Source: Klebsormidium nitens (Eukaryota > Plantae > Klebsormidiophyceae). Taken from it: a stretch of 64,000 nt of DNA. Made by a program: the position numbers and the translations under genes. The notes under the pieces are model-generated. The model worked only from the letters and a program-made list of their open reading frames with translations. It was not told the DNA's origin and ran no database searches. The DNA lies in NCBI GenBank assembly GCA_000708835.1, contig DF237033.1, positions 159,051 to 223,050 of the forward strand, in the 5' to 3' direction. Within the stretch, counting starts at the first letter, position 1. The number at the start of each line of letters is the position of its first letter. Below are positions 51,243 to 63,291 of this stretch, piece after piece.

Positions 51243-54200
51243 ATGACATCGGCAACTGCTGCAAGTATGAAAGCGCCTGTGCCAAACACCCTGAACGCCC
51301 TCTTCCCTCCCCTCTCGCGACCCCCACCGGACAAACCCCTTCCTATTGACCCAAGCGAGCGGCCGGCAATCTGTCAAGAGGAGTATGTGCACAACTTTGC
51401 GTTTGGGTCCAATATGGGGCCTGAGAAGGTCAAAGCGCGGGCAGGTATGGAACTGCTATGAAGGAAAGTTAGCTTGTTATTCTGAGATCGATAAGGACTC
51501 TCGCTTCCTGGTTCGAGTTTCCTGACAATCTTGGAAGTTGTTTCGCTGACTAAATCTAACCACCAGCATTCCCCAAAACTTATAGCGTTGTTGTAGTTCT
51601 GCACGGTCTACACTCAAGGATATAGCAGCTTTGTCATCTCTCTCGGCAGGGTTTCCTTGGTCGGAGTTTGTTTGGCGCCACTAGTTGACTATCCATTGGC
51701 CAATGCTGAGAATCCCCTGACAGCGCCACATCTAGTTTCCTCCTCCGCCCTCTAGGCCACTGCGATTTGCGACCCTAACAGGCTCTGAACAGCTCATCAA
51801 GTTTAGCGTTTGGTACTCTGTGCTCTTAAAAGCTGGCTCCAGACATGAGTCTCTCATTTCTTTGTTGACGCCCCTCTACTCTGACTACTTGATCAGGCTT
51901 TAGGCAGAAGCCTTTAAACAAGGACACAACATCCTTGAAAAGTTCCTGCGGGTAAGCTTCAGTAAGAATTGTCATCGGGAAAATTGCCACTAAGTCGAGT
52001 TTCTTTTTGTTGATAAGGCCCCTTCTGCCAGTCCATGGATGCGGCTTTGGGTTCAAAATTCCGGAAGGCTAAGGGCATAAATGGTGAAGAAGGAGTTTGC
52101 ATCACGAACAGAGGTGTGCTCTCCTTTTTTACAGGGGGCATCGAGTTTGTCTCTGCAGAGCCCGGGTTGGTCCGCGATTACCGGTTGGCATTCAACCTGG
52201 GTGGTGTCCCTCCTATTGAGCCGGTCATGGCTGGCATTGAACCGGAACAGGGATCGGTGATACATGGTACCCTCATCAAGCTCCCCAGGTCAGTTCTATT
52301 TGTGTGAAGCAGTCCCTTTCATTGAGACTCTGTTTTTGTACTGAGTTAGATTGCTCTTCTGCTTGCACTCACTTGGGTATTGAAGATGGATGAAAGCGCC
52401 TTGTATGCAAGCATATCGCTCGCTGGTTTTTGGGTTGACCCTAAACAGATCCAGTGCCGTTTGATGAGGAGGGGATCAGTGACATATTCTGAAATGTTGG
52501 TCGTCAGTTCGTTGGGGCAAAGGAGAAGCTGGCAAGCTTTTACCTTAGTCGGGGGGCAAGCTATCCATGACAGCGGACAGGCTTTCAATCATTGGGGAAC
52601 AGGCTCTCGGTTGGAGCTTCCTGTGAGATGAGGGCATAAGCAGAAGGCTTCACTTTTCGTGTGATCTATTGTCTGAAGAAACCTGTTTTCAGGAGGCGGC
52701 TTTTGGAAGGAATTGTTCAACCCAACACAGTTGCCACATATGTTGCTTTACTGTTCTGCTCTTCTCCAGTCTGGAGAGTCCCCGTGTCTTCCTTTTAATG
52801 TTTTCCAATCTCTGATCTTACCAGTTAACCGACGCTTGTCCACTCTTCTTTTTCTAATCGCATTTTCAAGTAACCTAAAAAGAACGGGCCAAATGTTCCA
52901 TCTTCGACCCCAGCCTAATGTACCGTCTACTAAATTAGGCTCCTCAATAAGATCCGGCCATTTTCTTATGCAGAGCACAGTACGAAAAGCTGTACAAAAG
53001 CGAGGGGGGCGGAGCGGGCAAGAAGCGCGCATACCTCGAGGAAGAGGTGACGGTGGAGACTTACAGCGGCAAGCAAGTGCAGGTGAAGTTATACTCTGGT
53101 TTGTTTTCTGGATTACTATTTGATGTATTGTCCGGGGTATCCTTGTTCAGGCGAATATGGAGCTTCTGGTTGCTTGACTTCGCAGCACTAACATTCCGTC
53201 CTTTGAGCATCAAAAACCTCGAACTGCGGTTTTTACTCTGGCATTTGCAGACGGTGGCAGGACAGGTTTTCGTGCCTGGTCACTGATAACCCACAGGCAA
53301 AGAAGTTTTCAAAGCCTTCATCTATGTCAAAAAAGAATTGAATTCGGAGGAAGCGCTGCGAGTCTTGATTGTCCCCCAGCCACCTCTTATGCTGGGGTCC
53401 GCCTGGGTGCAGTTCCTCTCGAACCGAAGAAGATATCGATTGGCTCTGAGTTCCGGACTGCTTTAGACGGCCGGATCATTTTTCTGCTGGTTCCGATCCC
53501 CGAACTTGACTCTTCGCTTAGGAAGACGGTGTTGCGAGTTTGCCCAGGTTGTCTTGCGTCGTGTAGTAAGAACATCTCAGGTCACGTACGCTCTGTATCG
53601 AAGTCCGCCTCAGCAAACGTTCATGTCGCGCAACTTGAAAGGTGCGCAGCGTCATGCACTCGGTTGCACGATAGTAACGCCAGCCAGCTGCAGTAGATAA
53701 CTCAAATTGCAGCGCTTCCTTTGAAAAGTGCTTCCTTTGAACGGACCGTGATCGCAAAACCTGCGGATCTGGGCGAAGCACTTTCGTATACACTAGGCGC
53801 ACAGTTACGCGCGATGCTCTTCTGAAGCGTAAGACATGATGGAGGGAGACCTCACACTCTGAGTTACCTGTTGTTGCTTCGCGTTGTCTACCCTGTGCCC
53901 TGCCACGTCGCCTCTCACAGATGCCGAACCAAGCTGAGAGCTTTTTTACTCGCCGGTCGACCGTCATTTCTACGCACTTGCAGGCTTGCAGGCTGCTGCA
54001 GCCCTGGCCATGCCTTGCCCCGTCATCACAAATCCCTCTCGCCCTTGTCATCTGCTCGTGGTTTCCGTGCTTGCATTCACGTGCCGTCCGCTGTTACCCC
54101 GTTTCGTTTCCTTATACTGCCTGCAGGCCGTCCTCTCAGCACGTACCCCGTGCCACCCTTCGTGTCCCCTCGCGACCCCTCTGTTTGCCGCCAGGCACCT

Positions 54201-55637
54201 TAAGGTCCCAGTTCTTTGAAGCAAATAGTTGAAGTTTTGTTCTACTTACTCGCTCTCCGCTCTCTTCCTCGATCCCGTTGATTTGCAGGTTGACAGCAAA
54301 ACAATTGACAGTTGCTTTCCGACCCGCCCCCTGCATCGTGCCGCCATGTCACCCAAAGGTTTCCGCTTCCAAGCGCTGCACCCACTTACCCGTTTCAGTC
54401 CGTTCGGGCCACTCGCTTTCCATTTCGCCACTCTGTCGATTCCGTTTGATTTGCAGGCTGTCACGTTCCGCACCCCCCTTGCGTCGCGCTACCACGTCAT
54501 CTCGAGGTCCCCGCTTCAGAGCGCTACCTAGACCTACTCCGTCTTGAGTCCCGTTCCGTTCACTCTCTCCGTTCCGCTCACTTCCTGCCTTCCGCTTACT
54601 TTCAGGCTGTCGCGTTCCGCACGGCTCCCCGCATCGCGTTGCCACGTCACCTCGAAGTTCCCGCCTCCAAGCGCTACCTAGACCTTCTTGTGGAGGGCGC
54701 AAAAGCGATTGGGTTGGACAAAGATTACGTCAGGAGGCTTGAGGAGCTGCCACGTGCCCCTCCCGCCAATGGGATCGAGAAATGGATCAGCCGCTCGTTC
54801 GCGATGTTCTTCTTCTTCTGGGCGGTCCGCCAGGTGCGTCTCACGTTCCTTCACAGTTTGTTGTGTTTCGTGTCCAAGTGGCTGTTTGAAGGGTCTCCCT
54901 GGGAGAAACTTTTTCTCCCACTTGGAAGCGGGATGCGTTTGGCCTATTCGGTGAGAGATGTTTTGGTTTGTTTACGACGTTAGACAAAATAAACAACATA
55001 GTTTGTCACCTTTGCAGGGTCTAGATACGAGATCGGTGTGGGGTGCTCTCGATACAATGCTTTATCGTATCGTTTTAGCTGCCGTCCGGCTTCTATTGAG
55101 TCTTGCAAGTTGGTGGAATCCGCCACCGTTTCGTTCTTGCAATTTATGGGTTCCGTAAATGCAGGGACAGGATGTTGCAGCTGCAGTACGGTGTCAATAC
55201 TTCAAGCTTCGGCCTCCGACTATCTACTCGATCTTGGCCACTATGTAAGAGAATCAACACTTCATCGAAAACACTTACATCTGGAATCTGCGTTCTTGAG
55301 CCCCCACTCACTGTCCGAGATGAGCTCTCAACAAGTCCACGAACTGACGTGACTGTCTGTCCTGCAGCTACCCGGGATGTCCGCCGTTTACTTTGTCAAG
55401 CTCGTAGCGTTTTTTGTGTACCATTACAGGGAGGTCTGTCGGCAGTCGACGTCCCCAGCGTTGCAACTGCTCGCCTACCCGTTGCTATTTATCATGTTGC
55501 TCATTATGTTGCCCGGGAGTTTCATCGGGGTGGGGATAAGATTAGCCCGCACTTGCAGCTCCTATGTAGACAAGGGTTGGAAGAGGATCAAGGTGGTTGT
55601 TCCGGAACGGGAAGCAAAGGAGCTCAAAGTGAACTGA
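51243..55637 (+). CDS. Gamma-glutamylcyclotransferase-like (GGCT/AIG2-like fold) protein with C-terminal hydrophobic segments, about 320 aa
   Basis: Exons 51243-51444, 52135-52288, 52974-53082, 54606-54833 and 55368-55637 are phase-compatible (963 nt). Motifs: NFAFGSNM, YRLAFN, VIHGTL, LYKSEG, PASKRYLDLLVEGAKAIGLDKDYVRRL. An acceptor at about 51222 means an upstream exon is possible. Confidence 0.85.
53860..54605 (+). repeat. Echo array of GGCT-like exon-4 acceptor
   Basis: CAG|G copies ending at 54456, 54288, 54126 and 53983 (true 54605); spacings 149, 168, 162 and 143. The nearest copy retains GCTGTCACGTTCCGCAC..GCGCTACCTAGACCT. Confidence 0.88.
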
Positions 55638-56976
55638 CTGATTGATGCAGTGTGGTTCGTACGTACAGCTAGCTTCGACGACAATTATGGGTCTACGCAC
55701 ATATGCGCGTGCACGAGTTGATTTAGGGTGAGAGATTGCTGATATCGGTCACTGCCTTGAGGGGGCGCTGGTATTCTCCATTCACACTAGAGTCGAACAT
55801 TTCGTAGGACAATTCCTCAATTAAACGGTCGAACTGCATGGCCGAATCCTCGTCAGATCCTTGTCAGGTTCCAAGTTTGTCAAATATTTGAGCAATTCCC
55901 GTTTTCTCGGAGGAGCGACTTTGGGGTTCACACCAGTTGTTTGGGTTCGCCTGATTCTTTAGTGTCGGACTTGGCTTATACGCGTAGTCCAATCTCTGCA
56001 ACATCCAATTGCATCAGGTCCAGTCCGCTGCTGCTTAGTGTCGGCTGTCGTGCCGCTGCTAGTCCGACGCCCTTAGTCGCTGTCGGTCGCTAATCGACGG
56101 TTCGAGGGCCGCCGAGTGCTGCCATTTGCACCATCTTGCAAATATTCTATCATCATTGGTCTCCTTATCCATTTCCGCCGTTGTAGTTATTTAAAGGGCG
56201 TATGCATGGGTGTACAAGCTTTTGAATATGATGGCATACACGGACCGGTACTTGCGATGGGCCGCCCTGTACGATTGGGGTACGTGTGTTACAGCATGAC
56301 CGACTAGCAAACATTGGATGTCGGCTGGGGCGTGGCGTATTTTGAAACGTGTTTTGTTGGTCAGTAACTTAGTTCGGGCCCGCGCGGGGCCCCACGGGCC
56401 CCGCGGCCTGGGCGGCCGCCCATCATGTCGCGCGGCCGCATGGTTGTGTACGGTAAAAGACCGTCGGTAGCCTTGGTACTTCCTGCACTATCCATCGCCT
56501 CTAGTTCGGTTGAGGCCTGTTGACGTCAACATTCGCTAAAGATTCTCCTGCAACCAATCACACGGCGAGCATTTTGGGCTGCATTTGAAAGTGACGTCAA
56601 AGGCGGGAGCTAGAGCTAGCGCCCATGCAGGCCGCGCTTCTCTGCCCTCCATTCTCGCCTGGTCCAGCTGGATTGTGAGAGCTTTCCAAGTTTCTTCTCC
56701 CTCAAGTTTCTTCAAGTTCAATTGCAGCAGAGCAGGTCGGGCGGATCTGATTGGGGCTCGAAGGCCCGGGGCGTCTTCGTCCAGGATTTGACGGGCAATT
56801 GATCAGACTGTATTCCGAAGTGCGAGCAAGTTGTTTGGGTTCGTGAGCTTTTGGGACTGGCTGTTTCTCGCGGAGGTGAAGACTTTGCTGCGTAGAAGGA
56901 GAAGTTGCTTCTGATCAAGCTGCAGCGGATCTTTTCCAATTTGTTGTTTTAGAGAAGGGGACGTAGTGCAGCCATC

Positions 56977-59900
56977 ATGTCGAACGGGTTGGAGACCTCG
57001 TTCAGATTCAACAACCAGGATAATGGACTTGTAATCCATGCAAAGGAAAACTTCGTCAACAACAATTGGGGGGCGCTGCTATTGGTAAGTATCGACTGTG
57101 GATTATCGCTATCTTCTTGCCAATAGGCTGACCTGCTGATGCCATCGGCACGGCTGTCGGGTTGCCAGCAGGCTGAGAATGTGCTGATGGAGTCTTTCCT
57201 GAAAGTCTGTCTTGTGACTGTATTTTGCAGTAGTGATTGCATGCTTAGGCACACAAGGTTGCCATATGTGCACCTCAATGTTCGCCAAGTGAGTGCCAGG
57301 TTGTCAATAACCAGCTTTCTTTGAGGAATTCCACCACCTAGAAGTCTTGAGAATGTACCCTCTTCTCGGTAAGGCCACTTTTAAGATATCATTGCTTCAT
57401 TTGCCTCAGGTTGATTGAAGTGTCAGTAATTTTGGCTTGCTCCGACAGTCTTTGACGATCACAGGTAGGTGGAAGCAACGCATGTATCTGCTGCTTACTT
57501 TCAAACTCGGCGGTCGCTTGATTGTTTGCAATGCTGACTGGTAATGGTTTCAATGCACGGTATGGCTGCTTCTGTGTTGGAAAATTTGGCGTAAGTCCTT
57601 GACTGAGCTCCTTCTGCGTTACGGTAGAACAAACGGGCTCACACCATATTGGAAACATAAGAGGTTCAGACTTGGTGAAGCGCTTATGTCCAGTCTGCCT
57701 GCCAAACTGTTGTAATAATCACGGTGACTGTCACGATCTGCTTATGCTCTGGACAGACAGCAACAATCTGCATTGCTGACCTGTTCACAAAGTTGCATTC
57801 ATTCTCCAGCTTCATGCAGCAAGTGGGTAAATTGTGAGCTTTATCAGTATTGTTTGCTCGGGAATGTTTACAATCGTTTTGGTGCTCTGCTTCCGAATTG
57901 TTAAGCTTAATCTTGATTCGAGACTGAGTATGTAATTCGCTCGCTGATGAAGTTTGGAGGTGTAGACGCCGCTCCTCGACTAGAGATGCAGGCTGGATAG
58001 TGTCAAACAGCTTGCGTGAGCTAGTTTTCCATTCTAAGCCGGTTGATGTCGCCATGTGCCAATTGACCCGGTTACACTAGAATTTGCCAATCTGTTCAAT
58101 TCAAAGGAGGCCGTGGACTTTCACACTCGTGCAAATGCATATGGTTTGGGTTCCTCTTTTACGGGTAAATGTCTTGCTTTTTCTTGCTGCGGTGATGCAT
58201 TTGCGAGAACGCTAGGACTTCCACCTCGACCAGCTCTCTTTGTTGTTGCTTGGACGTGTCGATTCGCTGTCCAGTAGGTTCTGTTTTAGCTTCTCTTCCC
58301 GCATCATTTGTTTGCGGGGAAGACACTTGCCGTTTACAGCGGTTCGCTTCTTTGGTGATCAAGTTGCTGTGGCATGTGTGGCAGGCTCCGGGGTTGCATG
58401 GAGCATGATGTCTGTCCTGATCATGTGTTTGCGTTCTTACGTGTCCAAGTTGAGCGGTTCTTCATTTTCCGCTTTTCCGCTCTTCTTTGAACGTGCCGGG
58501 TCAAGTCGCAAAAGCGAGCGGCAGCGACTGCATGACCTGTTCAGAGCGCCTTCATACGAAGTTCGCAAACATGAAACTGGCGCACATTCAGAGAGTGTCT
58601 GTCTCCGGCTATGCATTTTGTTCGTCTTCTTCGTTGTAAGGAGAACATATGTTGCCTGGTAGTCAAGCTCATATGTCCTGGTACATTCCTGGTTCTACGC
58701 ACCTTCGAACGAGTCAGCAGGATTACCTGACTGCATTTTCACAGCTTGTCAGGACCCTGTTTTGTCTGTATGTTTAGCCAAGGGTTGTAAACCTTGGCGT
58801 GTAGCAAAGTCAGGTCTGTCAGTAACTTCCGGTTTGCTTGCAACAGAGTGCTTGGTGTGTAATGTGCTCTTGATGTCCTGTTGTCAGCATGCTGGAGTTC
58901 AGTTTGTAATTGCTCTTATTCACCACTTCCTCTCCCTCTGTTTCGCATTTGCTAGATATATCACATGTAGTTTATGTAATTTTCCTTGGAACCTTATCAG
59001 ATCAAACCTCAGCAACTGATCTTGTATCGACAAAAGGTTGTACTGCATCCCGGAAAACGATCTGCGCAGATAAGGAACTCAAGTCTGTCGAGAACTGACA
59101 AACATACATGTACTCTTTGCAGGTTGATGGAGCGTTGGACACAAAAGAGGGCACAATTCGGGCTAAGATTACGGGCAAGAAGAAGTTTTTCCCAGATGTG
59201 AGCATCCACAATGCCTACTCAGACCCTCAAGCCCGCTTCTTCTGTTGAATTTGGCACTTCATCTGTGGGAGCCAATAGTTGAGATTTCAAGTGATTGCTT
59301 GTGGCTCTTCTTGACCAAACATACAAACTGGTTTGCCGAGACCCCCTTCTTGATCTTCTCATTAAGCATGGCAAAGACAGTATCATTGCACATCACTAAG
59401 TTTGGCAAAGTAGGGGTCATGCTTGAGCGAATCACAATGGAAATTACGAGCAACGCAGCTGGAACAAGGACCTAGGTTCGGCAACCGGCCCGCTTTGTAC
59501 AAGCTAACCACCCTTCTATGTTGTCCGTAAACCGGCTTTGCCGAGGCTATTCGATACGAAAAGCAAGTTGAGTTCCACCCTGAAGATGGTCACAAAACGG
59601 GCTATGGTCACGAAACGGGCTACATCTTTCTCGGCCGAAAAGTGGACATGTGCGGTTCTCACTAACCAGTCTTGTAAACCAAGTGCTAACCCGTCCGCTG
59701 TTTGTCCGATTTTTGCAGAGGCTGTTTCTAACGTCCGGCAAGATAGTGGGCACGCTGAAATCCGACATGAAGCGGATTACGAGGCAGGCAGGAGATTTCT
59801 GATACTTGATAACCCTCCACTTAACCATCTTCTAACCGGTTGATTATTTGGCTGGCTTTTGCAGAGGCCGTTCCTGACGTCCGGCGAGGTTGGTGCCACG

Positions 59901-62302
59901 CTCGAGACGGACACGAAGCAGGTTACGTACTACGCGGCCGGGAAGAAGACGTTCGATCTGTGGAACGGCGGCCTTACGAGCCTTGACCTCAAGGCATCGG
60001 CGTTCTACCACGTAAACACGGAAAAGGAGGGGCTGGTGCGTCCTCTGCTTTACAGGGCTCTGTGGCTTGTTCTGTTGTTGCTGGCCAAATTTTAAGCTGT
60101 GGGGGATGGGCGGTCTTGGCTATGGAAGAACGGCCTTGGTGCTCTGTCATGTTATCCTTCTACAGTGCTCGTGTACTACGCTTTTGTGGGGTACTTCCCT
60201 GGAGTTCCGACTCTGATTGCCAAATATGTAGCAGTACTTTCTGCTGGCTCGCGCCTCGCTTAAATGCTGACAGCTCGGAAGTCTTGTACGAAACCGGTTT
60301 TGTGATTGTGGTGGGGTTGGTGATTCAAGTTTTCCGTAAAAATTCAAGGGGGTGCTGGTGGTTTAAACTTTCCGTTAGTTACAGTCTTCCCTGGCTTGTT
60401 TATTGCCAGCTTGCTGTTTTTTCTCGTACTGGAATTGTGCCCATCATTGTTGTGGATGTCCTTATCTACCTCTTGGATCAGAAACTGATTGCTTTTGTCT
60501 TGATGTCTGTCACACAAGCAAAGTGGAAACGAGTCTAGTTGTGCTTCGTTTGCTACCGCTTCTGAGATTGCGATGGCTCATGCTAACGTCGCTGTGTTGG
60601 TGACAAGCAACTGCATACCTCGTTTTGAGCATTGTCCTCACGTTCAGTGGAGCGAGATCCCCGAGTTTGGTAAACTCGTTTGGTGAGCTTTTCTTCGTGA
60701 ACCGAGAGCGTCGAGATTCCTCTTTCACCATGAGCCGCCACGAGTATGGAAAACCACTCGGCTGTGCGCAAACCAAGGTGGCAGCATAGATATAAGCAAA
60801 TCAGATTACGCTGGACATTTTTCAGGCGCTCTCTCTACGAAATTGGCCGAAGTGGACTGAAAGCTCATTGAAAGTCCAGGTAGGGGAAGCCTCGCAATAG
60901 TGATCCCGTGCGCGCAGATCAAGAAGAAGGCCAAGGTCGAGTTGTGCCAGAAGATCTTCAACTTCACGGAGGAGCAGGACCTCAAGCTCAAGCTCGGCTA
61001 CGATCTCCTCGAGAAGGTAAGTGTTCGTTGTATCACTGATTGAGTCACGACTTTGAAGACGGGTAGTTAGTGGCCTCAGCCTGTTATTACTCAAGCTCAA
61101 CTTTGGCTGTGGTCTCTATGAGAAGGTGGGTTCTGATCGGAGCCGACACAGTTTAGGAATAGTAAGCTCACCAGCCTGGGACGGGTAGGGTTAGTTTGGG
61201 GTGGGTACGGGTGCGGAGCGGGTGGTTTTTATAGGTTGGGTTTTTAGTGTTTGGTTTGAGCTTACCGGTACTATTCCTACGGCTTACTATTCCTAAACTG
61301 TGCCGTCATTTCTGGTAGTAGCTCCGGATGTCAGGGGTCAAGTAAATGACAAAAGCATCCTTGTACGATTCGCTTCTTAGACTGCTGAAGCTCAAGCTTG
61401 GTTATGGTCCCTCAAAAGGTAACTCAATCCGAGGTCAGGGTTTCGAAGTACAGGGTTTCGGGGTTTTGTTTTGTAAGGGGTATTGTTTTGAAATCTCCGG
61501 ATGACTACCTCATCGAGGCGGTGAGATCTGCATGCGGTTCGCAGAGGTCTGAGTTCTTAGGCTTAGGAGTTTACTTGAAGACTTTTGGTGTCTAAGCTGA
61601 GGTTACGACAGGTCAACAGACACAGTGAGTCGCGAGTCGCAACATGCTGTTGCGTTGGATGATAGCGCTTTTTAGAACTCAAGGTTTTTTGAGGCGTTGG
61701 CAAATGCTTCGAGAGCCGAGCCCAAAAGAGGTCAAAGCACTGTTGGCTTGTTGCATACATTTTGACGCACCACGTTCAGCTTAGTATTGGCTGTGTGGCC
61801 GAGTCTGCCATATCCAACGTCGATCCTGGAGGCAGTTGGTATTTCACGTCATCCTGTTCTCTGCGCCACTTCTGTCATGGCTTGTTTGCGGGTTTGCCTG
61901 AATTGCCCTCAGATTTCCGATTTCAGAGAGGAACTGCTAAAGGCTGTACAGACTTATGCATACCTATGTGGCGTCGTTGCAAGGTTCTATAGCAGAGTGG
62001 CACCGCACGCTGGCGCCTCTGTGAGGTTCTATGATTGGGTCGCACCATTTGCTTGGAAAGGGCGTTCTATGTCAACTCTTTTAGATAGAGTTGCCAACCC
62101 CTTATGGGGTTCTTAACCCTACGCTTCCTACCTCCTGGACTTGACGTTCTGCAATGAGCATTGGGAGCCGTGGCGCTCTTGGCTGCCCACTGAGGCTTTC
62201 CTCTTCTATGCCCTGCAGACCCCATATGCTTCCCTCCGAGAAAACCGGTGGATCCTTCACAGCAATCTGAAGGACAAGTGGACGGTTGAGTACGAGCTTT
62301 AG
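56977..62302 (+). CDS. OEP21: Chloroplast outer envelope pore protein 21-like, about 178 aa
   Basis: Exons 56977-57084, 59123-59197, 59865-60035, 60918-61016 and 62219-62302 are all phase 0 (537 nt). They give MSNGLETSFRFNNQDNGLVIHAKENF..|VDGALDTKEG..FFPD|..|..KIFNFTEEQDLKLKLGYDLLEK|TPYASLRENRWILHSNLKDKWTVEYEL*, matching the OEP21 hallmarks ETSxRY..IHAKE, GELDT, QDxxxKxGY, PYxQIRENNW and KWxxxYDL. Confidence 0.9.
59530..59864 (+). repeat. Echo copies of OEP21 exon-3 acceptor
   Basis: TTTTGCAG|AGGCTGTTTCTAACGTCCGGC (acceptor about 59718) versus true TTTTGCAG|AGGCCGTTCCTGACGTCCGGC; a weaker copy at about 59545-59600. Confidence 0.8.
61017..61430 (+). repeat. Echo copies of OEP21 exon-4 donor, interrupted by a small inverted-repeat element
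   Basis: CTCAAGCTCAACTTTGGCTGTGGTCTCTATGAGAAG|GT (ends about 61125) and CTGAAGCTCAAGCTTGGTTATGGTCCCTCAAAAG|GTAA (ends about 61418) versus true CTCAAGCTCAAGCTCGGCTACGATCTCCTCGAGAAG|GTAA. Confidence 0.8.
61147..61302. mobile_element. MITE-like element, GGGTGCGGAGCG-core family
   Basis: Perfect 21-bp inverted repeat CACAGTTTAGGAATAGTAAGC (61147-61167) / GCTTACTATTCCTAAACTGTG (61282-61302) around a GT-rich core. No clean target-site duplication. Confidence 0.7.
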
Positions 62303-63291
62303 ATTAGGCACGGTCTGTACTCGCAAGCAGGGAGTCTAGCCTTATCTACCTAAAGAAAGAAGCCTGCTTGCTATGCATTGTAGCAAGCTGTTGGGATGGC
62401 CTTAAGATATGAGTGGCAGTTTGGGGACGGTCCTTCGCAGCTGGAAACAGCTGACGAGCTCGGCTTCCGCAAAGCAGCGGAGCGTTTATTGATGACCAAA
62501 AAGAAGAACGGACTAAATTGTCGACCTATCGTTCTTTTGAGTGTAATTTTAAACCAACGATACCAATGGCCTTGGCTCTCCTTATGCAGCATCTGCCAGT
62601 CAAAACAGCTCACCATGTCTCTTGCACAAGTTGACAAGGTTGGTTCTGAGTGTTGTTGCCTTGCGGAAGTCCCAATTGTGGATCTTCAAAACCTTACTCC
62701 AGGCTGGCCTTGCGTCACATAGAGCCTGCGGGTTCAATGTTTGGATTGGCACCCCATCATCAACCTCTTTCAGTCTCAGAAGGCAAACATGTAATCGTAT
62801 ATGTAACTGCATTTCCCGTTCAATGATCGCAACGAATGGTACGGATAGGCAGGCTTAAGCGGCAGCCGCGCCAACTACTGAGTAGTTGGTGGGACGCGGG
62901 CGGCCATCATGCAATGCGGCAACTCAAGCAGAGGCCCGTGGCCTATCTAGGCTAGGCCCGCCGTCTGCAATCAACTTCAATCGAAGCCCAATTCGCAGTC
63001 TGGAAACGAAATGTTAAGTGTAAAAGTCAAGGGAGACTCGCACGATTCCAAATTCAAGTGATATGACCGCCCGCGCGCCCTAGTCTTGATTGGCTTCAAC
63101 TTGCTGGTGCTGGGATCGGATAGGTCTAACATGGGGACGTCATCAGGCTGCATGTGATGTTTGATGAGGAGTAACCACGTGGATGGCAGTGCTTCCACTT
63201 TTTATAACTGATATAGTAATAACAGATTGAGGACTGCACTATGCGCGCGGCACTGGCCGCCGGCCCCCAAGGCCATGGCCAATTGATAAGA

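Noticed and set aside
58056-58277. ORF VPIDPVTLEF.. as an OEP21 exon
   Set aside because: It has an in-frame stop just upstream and no usable acceptor. The OEP21 model is complete and in phase without it.
56977-62302. Calling the beta-barrel gene OEP24
   Set aside because: The motifs IHAKE, QDLKLKLGYD and RENRW match the OEP21 family instead.
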